A stretch of 63,864 nt of DNA, the filler included, from Octopus bimaculoides (lineage: Eukaryota), in the NCBI RefSeq assembly GCF_001194135.2. It is 5 parts of 4 records of this genome, joined end to end, with 100 filler letters (N's around TTAATTAATTAA, not from the genome) between each part and the next. Parts side by side here need not be neighbours in the genome. Positions count along the whole stretch, not along the records: positions 26,303 to 55,912 come from NC_068989.1; positions 56,013 to 63,864 come from NC_069001.1; 3 more parts are not named here. One strand, written 5' to 3'. Below the pieces are notes generated by a model. The model was not told the origin of the DNA, searched no databases, and saw nothing but the letters and a program-made list of their open reading frames with translations. Both the position numbers and the translations under genes were made by a program. The first letter of the stretch is position 1; the number at the start of each line of letters is the position of its first letter. Shown one piece after another: positions 50,829 through 60,992 of this stretch.

Positions 50829-51033
50829 TATGCAGGGCTCAGAGGTTGTGCAATGCTAGAAAAACTTCCGTATCGTCAGCATTTATCTCACGGTCACAAG
50901 AGATTCGTCTCTTAGCCTGTATGCTTCACCTGCGGAAGGGTGCCACTTGCGGTCTGTTATCAACCATAGCGACTTTGTCTCTGAAATGTTTGCTCTCAAT
51001 AGATATAGTAATAATAAAGTGAATTTTAAAGCT
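50829..51033 (+). repeat. About 205-bp dispersed repeat abutting and truncating the Tc1 ORF end
   Basis: Matches the reverse complement of 48647-48852. Confidence 0.85.
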
Positions 51034-51931
51034 TGAATCCTACGAGGTATGGACTCGTACAAAGTTTGAATTGTTTCCAAACGAATTTTTGTCCATTCTT
51101 CAGCTAAAACAGTCTCCAGCTCTTGTAGTGATGATGGTGGAGGACATCGACTTATTGCTTGTTTTTCTAAAATGCACCATAAATGTTCAATAATATTGAC
51201 TGTGGTAGCCAGATAAGATGTTCAACTTTACTAGAATGTTCCACGTGCCATTCAGGATGAATTTGATCAGATAAAATGCTTAAATAGTCTTGGTTATAAA
51301 TTCTGCCACTAAGGAAAACCATTGGGCCGGCGGACTTCCAAGATATAGCCCGCCAGATCATCACAGATACTCCTACATGTTTAACAGTTGGAAGAAGACA
51401 GTCTGGGTCAAATGCTTCTTTTGGCTGTCTTCATACGTATACTCGGCCGGTAGTTGGAAATAAAGTAAAGGATAACTCGTCCGAGAAAATAACATTCTTC
51501 CACTGCTCTAAGGACCAATTCTATAGGTTTTTACTCTGCTCTAAACTCTTTGCAAGGTTTGTTTTAGAGAGTAGTGGTTTTCTGATTGCAGCCCTCTCGT
51601 AAAATCCGGTTTTGTGTAGCTCCTGGCGAACAATTTTTGTGGAAACTGGGTTCTCGAAATGGTCATTAAGCTCTGCAGTAATTTTGGGTGCTGTACTTTT
51701 GTGATCCTTTCTAAAAATTCGCGTAAAAGTCCGACGGGCCCTATCTGAAAGGTTTGCTTTTCTCCCGGAGTTTTGTTTCGTTGAGGAGTTTTTCCCTTTC
51801 TCAAAGGCTGTTATTACTTTCGAGACTGTACTTCTTGCTACACCAAACATTTCGGCTGTTTTCGTTACGCTAGCGCTTGCCATACGAACGCCAACAACTT
51901 GACCACTTTGAAAGTCCGATACATCTGTCAT
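51034..51931 (-). pseudogene. Tc1-family transposase relic
   Basis: MTDVSDFQSGQVVG..SGRKANLSDR..RKPLLSK, VIFSDE, VMIWRAIS, WLPQS..NIIEHLW, IPRRIQA. Stops, frameshifts and an internal deletion around the second D. Confidence 0.92.
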
Positions 51932-52603
51932 TTTAATGAATTTTANNNNNNNNNNNNNNNNNNNNNNNNNNNNNNNNNNNNNNNNNNNNNNNNNNNNNNN
52001 NNNNNNNNNNNNNNNNNNNNNNNNNNNNNNNNNNNNNNNNNNNNNNNNNNNNNNNNNNNNNNNNNNNNNNNNNNNNNNNNNNNNNNNNNNNNNNNNNNNN
52101 NNNNNNNNNNNNNNNNNNNNNNNNNNNNNNNNNNNNNNNNNNNNNNNNNNNNNNNNNNNNNNNNNNNNNNNNNNNNNNNNNNNNNNNNNNNNNNNNNNNN
52201 NNNNNNNNNNNNNNNNNNNNNNNNNNNNNNNNNNNNNNNNNNNNNNNNNNNNNNNNNNNNNNNNNNNNNNNNNNNNNNNNNNNNNNNNNNNNNNNNNNNN
52301 NNNNNNNNNNNNNNNNNNNNNNNNNNNNNNNNNNNNNNNNNNNNNNNNNNNNNNNNNNNNNNNNGTGTAAACAACAAACATCTGTATTAGTTAAACGCTC
52401 GGGAAGGTGAGAAAGTCTTTTACGTTTCGAGCCTAATAAACAGAGACAATATACAGAGAGAGAATTATATATATATATATATATATATATATTCATGAAC
52501 ATTTTTGTGGTACAATAAAAGAAGATGTATTAAGTTGAATTCAAGGAACGTTCATTGCATTTGGCACAGTAGAACTTTATTGTTCTTTAGGAAAATTTGT
52601 ATT

Positions 52604-52681
52604 GACAGTAACTTCGAAGTTTCGGTCCGCTAAACCATAATCGAATAACAGTCCGATGATGGCTTACTTGGCCGAAACTTC
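52604..52681. ncRNA. Two back-to-back inverted hammerhead relics (family D)
   Basis: Plus 52648-52681: ACAGT-CCGATGA-T-GGC..GCC-GAAAC-TTC. Minus 52643-52604: CGATTA-T-GGTT..GACC-GAAAC-TTCGAA-GTT^ACTGTC. Confidence 0.55.
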
Positions 52682-52721
52682 AACCTGAATATCAAGACTA
52701 TTCTTGCTAAAGAATAACATA

Positions 52722-52801
<80 letters not shown>

Positions 52802-52988
52802 TGCTTGCATGCGTGCTTGCATGCGTGCTTGCATGCGTGCTTGCATGTATGTATATATGAATGTATTTACATATATTGGTACATATATTTATGTACTTAT
52901 ATTGTACCTACACACACATACACACACCCATATATATACATGCACAAATGTATATACATACACACATCTCTCTATCTTTTTCTCTCTT

Positions 52989-53041
<53 letters not shown>

Positions 53042-53985
53042 ATGTATATATATTGTTACATATATCTATGTACTTATATTGTACTTATGTGTGTGTGTGT
53101 ATGTGTGTGTGTGTTTCAAAAATCATTATTTCAAAGACTGCTCATATATGTTCTTTTAGAATATAATTGTTTAAATGTACAAAGGAACGCGTCTACAGTG
53201 ATAATGGCTTGTTTCTAAGGAACGAGACTTCTCGAAGTATTTTATGTCTGATCTAGTTAATAACTGCATAGGGCTTAGCAAAGTACAATAATATAATTTC
53301 TTTCCACGTTTCATTGTAAATTATGCAGGATATTTCTCCAACATAACGTTTCTATTTCAATTTCTTCAAAAACACAATTCTAGCCGAAAACTGAACAATC
53401 AATAGAAATTTCCAATGCCAGATCTCTAACTCACAAGCAATATTCGACCTAAATATATATACATATATATTTATATGTAATTGTTTGATGATATATGATA
53501 TTTAGTTTATGTTGTATACATCTGGCTTGTATGTCACCTTGTTACTGGCACGTAGCCAACGATGTGTTCATTGAGACGAACATAAAATTTTGGAATATAT
53601 GAACTACCATTAATGCAACTAGACAGAAGCAGAAAGAAAAGGAACGGTAGAGACACAGAAATAAATATACACTCATTGATAGGTATATATACACATGCAC
53701 ACTCACATACACACACACAGATACACATAAACGCGCACGCGCAAACATACACATACACATATGTATATATGACACCTACGCACAAGCTCCGCCTCCCGGA
53801 TATATAAGCGTGGGTGTGTGTATACATGCAGATATACGTGTAAATTTATAGACAGAACCCACAACTCATCCATATGTAATGTGTGTGCTGTGCATGTATG
53901 TATGTATGTATATGTGTATGTTTATACCCATTTTTACGGATATTCTGCATATCTCTCTCTCACACTACACTTTCTTTGCATATAA

Positions 53986-54016
<31 letters not shown>

Positions 54017-54275
54017 CATATATATATATATATATATATATTGCTTATATGTCATGTATGTGGAGCGGGGCGCTACTTGCATACTCATACATTTTTGCAT
54101 GAATATCTTAGTACATGAACCAAGAAAAGATTGAAAGAGAAGGAATAAATAAGTAAAAAGAAGAATGTGATATAGAACAGACATTTCGATGGCTTATAAG
54201 GAAGATAAAAGATATGCAAATCGATAACAAGACAGATAGTGATAGAGGGAAGTAAAAATCAAATAGATAGATAGA

Positions 54276-54527
54276 TAATACAGTTCTATATTTAAGAGAT
54301 CATGAATTATTTACATTATTTACATTTGACGGATATTTGTCCTCATCTTGTTTGTTGTTAACACAACGTTTTGGCTGATATACCCTCCAGCCTTCATCAG
54401 GTGACTTGGGGGACATTTTGAACCTGGGTTCTCATTCCTGAGGTATTTTTCGATGTTGTTGTTGGAATCTTGGGGTTAGTAGCCCGCGCTGTTAACTACT
54501 ACGCCATATGCCCATGGGCAATTATGG
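54276..54527 (-). mobile_element. Penelope 3' terminal repeat (pLTR) with tRNA-like head and hammerhead
   Basis: Directly follows the ORF stop. GGGCATATGGCGTAGTAGTTAACAGCGCGGGCTACTAACCCCAAGATTCC head (B box deleted in this copy), HHR at 54405-54360, and 3' end TAAATATAGAACTGTATTA. The end is shared with the copy at 36661-36680 and, as far as TAAATATAGAACTG, with 13324-13337. Confidence 0.85.
54360..54405 (-). ncRNA. Minimal type I hammerhead ribozyme (family A), G12 mutated
   Basis: GTCAC-CTGATGA-A-GGCTG(GAGGGTATAT)CAGCC-AAAAC-GTT^GTGTT. Palindromic stem III AACGTT. GAAAC reads AAAAC, consistent with CpG decay. Confidence 0.75.
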
Positions 54528-54542
54528 AGTGAATTTTAGGGT

Positions 54543-55733
54543 TTATAAATCTAATATTTTTCTATCCTTCCTTAATACCAATTCCCATATGCTGCTCACA
54601 TCTGCACTCGGTCTGCTTAGGAGGTTGTTGTGTCCTAGCATATGTGCTGCTTCTTTTAGTTTTCGTATTTTCCAGTGGTGTTCTCTGTCTATTATTTCAA
54701 CTTCATCCCACAGGAGGAGGTGGTCTCCATTTTTCCATACATGATCAGCTATACCCGATTTATAAATATCTCCTCGTGTCACAGCTGTGCGATGTTCGTC
54801 TACCCTTATTTTGAGGGGGTGACATGTTTCACCTTTGTATAACCTACCACAGCTGATGGGATGGAGTACACGCAGTGTTTGGTCATATTCTCTTCTATTG
54901 GCGATTTTACTCGAAGGAGATATTTGTGAAGTGTTGTATTATCTTTGAATACTGTCCTGATGTCATATGGGCCGCATATCTTTTGTATCTTTCCGGAGAG
55001 GCCTTTCACATAGGGTAGACAGACTGTGAACAGTTCATTGGTTTCATCCTTTCTTTTCTTCATAATTGGAGTGGATAGTATATTTTTGGGGTAGTTGTTG
55101 CTTAACAGATTGTTATTGAGCTTCATCATTTCTTCGTGGTGTGTATCACTATGGCTACTTATATTCTTTGCACGATGTTTTAGACACTGAGCAATCCTTC
55201 TCTTTACACTGTATGGATGGTCGGAATTGAAGTTGAGGTATTGTCCAGTAAAGATCGGCTTGCGATGTACGGATGTCCCGAATTCATATTTGGTACGTGT
55301 TATTAATACGACCAGGAATGCCAGCAGATTGTCTTTTTACTTTTCCATTTTGAATTGTATGGATGGCTTTATTGAGTTCACATGATCTAACAGCACTTGG
55401 ACATCTTCCTGGTGGGGCCAGTGTATAACGGTGTCATCAACATTTCGTAGCCATAGAGTTGGTTTTAGTGGTGTTGATCCTAAAGCCAAATTCTCAAAGT
55501 ATTCCATGTATATATTGGCTATTACCGGTGATAATAGCGAACCCATAGCTAAACCCTTCTCATGTCGATATATATCAGTGTCCATACTGAAGTAGATAGT
55601 TTCTACACAGACGGTCAACATTTTCATCAAGTTTCTTATTGGTATACTAGTGCGTTCTTTTATATGGATGTCTGTCACTAGTGGTGAAGCACTATCGGTG
55701 ATACAAGAAAAACTAGTAACAGACACCCATCTA
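54543..55733 (-). pseudogene. Penelope-like element ORF (RT + C-terminal GIY-YIG endonuclease), 5'-truncated and disabled
   Basis: RT motifs GLAMGSLLSPVIANIYME, WLRNVDD, QFKMEK, HRKP..TGQYLNFNSDHP. In-frame TAA at 55337-55339. After a 1-nt frameshift near 54858 the GIY-YIG reads CVYSIP(C)SCGRLYKGET..RVDEHR..SGIADHVW..RKLKEA. Stop at 54543. Confidence 0.93.
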
Positions 55734-57894
55734 GGTCTTGATGTGTTTATGTCCCCATAAATAGAATAAAGTACCTGAGTCGATACATTCGACTATAAAT
55801 TCTTCAAGGCAGTGCCCCAGCTTGGCTGCAGTCTGATAACTGAAACAAGCAAAGGATAGAAGATAAATATAAATAAATATATGTAATATATATATATATA
55901 TATATATATATANNNNNNNNNNNNNNNNNNNNNNNNNNNNNNNNNNNNNNNNNNNNTTAATTAATTAANNNNNNNNNNNNNNNNNNNNNNNNNNNNNNNN
56001 NNNNNNNNNNNNATATATATGGTCGGATGAAATTACATACACAAAGCATGCAACTAGTATTGTATGAGTTTGTGGCTCTGCATAGTATCCACTTTCATCT
56101 TCCGTTACTGCTTAATCTGCTAGACCATTCATTAATGATTGGTCGCCAAAGCGATCGTAATGGATAAGAAAGAAACGAGAAGACAACAACTTGTTTCTTG
56201 TTATTCTCTCATACTATATCTGTATGCGTGCGTGTGTGTGTGTATGTTATTGTCTCAGACTACAACGTATATATGTATGTGTTTATACGTGAGTGTGTGC
56301 GGTGCAGGTTATACGCAATTTAAATGTATTCTCTAATTCCCATAGTTCATGTATCATCAAATTCCACCATCTTCTTCATTGCTTTTATGATCAATGAAAT
56401 AACTTAACTATCATTTATTTCACCCACTTCAATATTCACAAAGAGCGTCGTAGCTAATTTTATTGTTTCTTTTTCTACTTGTTATGCTTCTTAAGACAAG
56501 AATTGTTTTCTTGTACTTTTTGCAAATGCATCACTTAAGAATTCATAGCAGATATCCTCCTTCTCATCCTACTTCTTCTCTTCGTTTCTACTTCATCTTA
56601 TTATTTTCATTATCATTATTATTATTATCATTATTATTATTATTATTATTATTGTTATTGTTATTGTTATGGCAACGTAATAAATTCTTTGTATTAATAC
56701 AGCAACATAACATACGGTACTTCTTTTCATTATGAACGCCATTGTTTCGCAATATTATATGACCCTTCATTATAAATAACAACAAAGACTTCACAATAAA
56801 GTTGGAATAAACAAAAAAGGGACAACGTGATATTCATTACTATTGTTGTTGTTGTTGTTATTCTGTTTCTTCTTCCTCTTTTCTGTTTATAATAATAATA
56901 ATAATAATAATGATAATAATAAAAAGTTGTAGTAGTAGTAGTAACAGTAGCAGCAGCAGCAGTAGTAGTAGTAATAGTAGTATTTTTGCTAATGTGTTTG
57001 CTGTTGTTTTTAGTTTTGCTAGTATTATAATCACCACCAACATCATTATTACTGTACTACTACTACTACTAGTAGTAATAATAATATCTTGAGGAGGAGG
57101 AGGAGGAGCAGGAGGAGGAGATGTCGTGAGATGTTGGTGGTTGAATTTGTGGTTGTGTCCGTGGTGATGGTGGTGATGGTGGTGGTCGTGGTGCTAATGG
57201 TGGTCACCTTACTGAGTTATTGACCCAGCCTTATTTATGATTGTTAGACGTAATCATGTTTATTAAATCATAAATATTTATTGGTGTATTTACATAAATT
57301 CCGAAGCCATCAACACAGTTCATGAAACAGTGTTTCTCTATTCTGGCTTTTATTTCTGGTGTTTCGTAACAAAGCAAGCAATTCGGTGTATAAATGTGTG
57401 CTGTTCTACGATATGTATAGGGGAATGTAAAGATTGAGAGAACGAGAGGGAGAGAGAGATAAAAGGACACAGCCTGAAAGAGACGCGGATAGAGATAGAC
57501 CATGTAAGAGAAATAGAGAGAGTTCATAAGATTGAAGGAATAGACAATGTAAACGAAACCACCAACTGCAGACTTACTTAAACACAAGTGAATGAGGAAT
57601 TGTATATAATTTATACATTCTCATATATGTTCAACAGGAACTGTACGTTCTTAGACACTTTCTTTCTTTCTTTTAAAGTCTAGGAGAATTCAACCTTGTT
57701 TAAATGAAGCCAATTTATCCTAAAACATCCTATATTTGACAGAAGGAAAAAAAGAGCAAACAATGAAAACACTGTAGCAAATTTAATTAACCTGAAACGT
57801 TAATACATACAAGATTACCTCTTAATGTTACAAATCTCAGCATCTCTTACTCAAAGGAATAATACATTCTATCGTATTAATATTATAACTAGCT

Positions 57895-58396
57895 TCATTC
57901 CGCCGAGTTCGACTTTGTCATTCATCTTCCCGAGGTTGATCGAATAAGTATCAGTTGAGGACTAGGGTCGATGTAATCGATTTAGCTCCTTCCTTGATAA
58001 TTGGTGGCCTTGTGTCAAAATTTGAAATCAGTATTATTAACATTAAAGCGGTAAGCTGGTAGAATCATTAGCACTCTGGACAAATGATTACCGGCATTTC
58101 GTCCGCCTAGGTACTCTGAGTTGAAATACAGCCGAGGTCCACTTTGCCTTTCATCTTTTCGGAGTCGATGAAATGTGTACCGGTAAAGTACTGGGGTCAA
58201 TGCAATAGAATTAACTACTACCTCGAAATTGCTGGCCTTGATCTATAATTCGAAATCAATATTATATACCTAACTTAATTCCGTCGAGGTCGACTTCTTT
58301 CATTCGTTCGGAATTAATTAAGTATCTTTTGAGCATTGATGTCGATTTAATCGAATTAGTTCCTCCACCGAAATGCTTAGCTTGTGCCAAAATTCG
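57895..58396 (+). mobile_element. Three tandem degenerate family 1 SINEs
   Basis: Repeated CCGAG(G/T)TC(G/C)ACTTT..AATCGA/AATAGA..GGCCTTG..AAATT(T/C)GAAA. Confidence 0.8.
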
Positions 58397-58699
58397 AAAC
58401 CTATATTATGCGTAAGTTTTCAATGTCAGCATCGAAGTCCCTGCGCTCCCTCTCGCTCCCTTTCTCTCTCCCATTACCTCTCCCTCTCTCTCTCGCTCTG
58501 CATGTATGTATATATANNNNNNNNNNNNNNNNNNNNNNNNNNNNNNNNNNNNNNNNNNNNNNNNNNNNNNNNNNNNNNNNNNNNNNNNNNNNNNNNNNNA
58601 TACTTGCAAATGGACGCATGCGTTCGATGATATAAGAAAACAAATGATATATAAGCATATGCATGTATATCTACATCTACATGTATATATAGATGTATA

Positions 58700-58880
58700 T
58701 TCGGGTACAGGACGTTAGACAAATGAACGGGAGCATAAAAACAAAACGGACTTTGTTTACAGACAACAAAACGAACACATAGGAAAACAAACAAGCCACT
58801 TGGAATTATTCCTTCATCAGCTGCCTCTATTCTAAAACTTGGCGTTTCGAAGATAAGGCAGGACGCACTCTTACAATAGT
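58700..58880 (-). mobile_element. PLE-like terminal repeat family E, copy 1
   Basis: Shares the GGGTACAGGAC end next to a TA-rich microsatellite, the A-rich body and the TTCGARACGC..CTRAWGAAGG motif order with 16741-16920. Confidence 0.5.
58802..58870 (-). ncRNA. Candidate hammerhead ribozyme with non-permuted (scrambled) segment order
   Basis: Minus strand GAGTGCGTC^CTGCC-TTATCTTC-GAAACGC-(16 nt)-GGCAG-CTGATGA-A-GGAATAA. Intact GUC, GAAA and CUGAUGA. Stem I CTGCC/GGCAG, stem III ACGC/GCGT. Confidence 0.5.
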
Positions 58881-58990
58881 TTCTTCCTGAGTAGGGGATC
58901 AGCCCACTAAACAGAGGATTCCAAGGTAGCAAACACAAACCAAGATAGGAAAAATTGGACAGTGAAAACAACATTAAAAAGCCGTACGGC

Positions 58991-59421
58991 CAAACAGGAC
59001 TCTGCGCCATGCCACACAAGCAGGAGACCCCAGTCATGAATGTCGGATAATTTCTGCGACCATATCACCCCTAACATCTGGTCATCTAACTCCCCAGACT
59101 GCAACCACCTTGACTATTAAGTGTGGGGCGCAGCTGAGCGAAAGATCAGCAAAACTCTTTGTAACACCAAAGATGAACTGAAGGCAAGGATTATGGCAGC
59201 ATTCAACAATTTATAAAAGGAGTCCAGAGTAGTTGTCGGAGATTCCGAAGTCATCTGGAGGTCATTGTTGAAGCCAATGACGATTTTATTTAATAAATTT
59301 ATTTTTTAGTATTATAAGATATCGTTATGTAATTTTAGTAAATATATCTGTTAAAATAAGATGTCGGTGTTATTTTCATTTTTGCGTAATTTAGATAACA
59401 CTTTATTCACCGCACCCGGTA
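58991..59421 (+). pseudogene. DD37D (maT-type) transposase C-terminal fragment with 3' end
   Basis: QDSAPCHTSRR..NIWSSNSPDCNHLDY with 37 residues between the two aspartates, then ELKARIMAAF..VEANDDFI. Probable terminus CACCCGG-TA near 59421. Confidence 0.85.
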
Positions 59422-60451
59422 TATATATAGTGCAAAAATATAATAAAAATATTAAGTAAAACAATGTAGGTTGTTTTAATTTCAGGAGAATTGGAAGATG
59501 TCTTTAACGTGCTCTATAGAAAGGATAGGGGACAAAAAAGAAAGGGAAAGAGAGAAAATAAAAGTGTCTCAGTTAGACGGTCACCGCATACTGGAAATAT
59601 CTACAGGTTGGTCAAAACCTACAGTTCCTTGGATTATATGCCCGCAGATGATGGGAAAACATGAGGACAAATATCTGTACCAACAACAAAAGTTTAACAG
59701 CAGATGTGAATCATTAATGTGAAATAAGCAATGTTAAGCTACTAGCCTTTGTTGATTAGAATTTATACTCAAATGTGCAACGAATTGTAAATGAAAGATG
59801 GCCGAGTTATATAAGGAGCTGCAGTGTTTGATGATATCGAATGTACAGTTATAGGTCGTAGTAGCTGGCACATTGCACAGATTTTTTTGCGTTCGTTAGT
59901 CGTTGCAATGTATATTGTCACGTCATCTGAATTATGCTTCAGGGTATATTTCTTACAATCATAGACACTTCTGTGTTGAAGTTTACGGTTCAGCCGTTTC
60001 GTGATAAGATACTGGACACAATTACACAATTGTAAACGAACTACGTGAGCATTCTTTATGTGTGGATGGTGGATTTGGCAGAAATAGCATCTCAGTCTAT
60101 TTGGGTCAGAGTAAAATGTAAAGTCAACTGTGATAAATTATCATCACTTAGATTATATATAATTAAAATGACACGCATTTTGCTCACATTTGTTTCATTT
60201 CCATGTACATATTTCTGTAAGTCTGTCTTAAATTTATCTCTCACATTTATCTCTGTATAATATGTTTAGAGTGGAGAGGGAGTGTTGAAGTTTGTCCCGA
60301 CCCCTAATCCACAACAGACTTTTAAATAGGGTACGCATGGTACGCTTTCTCTTTCTCCTTCGCCCTCACTACATACTCATCCTCCTCGTCCTTTTAGTTG
60401 TCGTCTCCCTCCCCCTTCTCCTTCTCCTCCTCGTTGTTGTTGCTGTTATTA

Positions 60452-60916
60452 AGGCGGTGAAACGTTACCACGGTAGAACCGTTAGCACGCCGGTTAAAAT
60501 ATTGACTGGCATTTCGTCCGTCTTTACATTTTGAGTTCAAATTCCGCCAAGGTCGACTTTGCCTTTCATCCTTTCGCGGTCAATAAATTAAGTACAAGTT
60601 GAGCAATGGGGTCGATGTAATCGACTTTCTCCATTCTCTAGATTTGCTGGCCTCGTGCCAAAATTAGAAGCCATTATTATTATTATTAGTAGTAGTAGTG
60701 GTAAGGCGGCGAACTGGTAGAATTGTTAGCCCGCTGGACCAAATACTTAGCGATACTTCGCCCGTCGTTACGTTCTGAGTTTAAATTCAACCGAGGTCGA
60801 CTTTGTCTTTCATCCTTTCGGGCTCGATAAATTACCTACCAGTGGAATACCGAGGTGGATGTAATCGACTACTGCTCTCCCTCTAAATTTTAGGCCTTGT
60901 GCTAAAATTTGAAACC
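60452..60916 (+). mobile_element. Two tandem family 1 SINEs
   Basis: AAGGCGGTGAAAC and AAGGCGGCGAACTGG heads with Meta-like bodies. Confidence 0.88.
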
Positions 60917-60960
60917 ATTATTATTATTATTATTATCTTGTTATTCTTGAGTTGTTCTTG

Positions 60961-60992
<32 letters not shown>

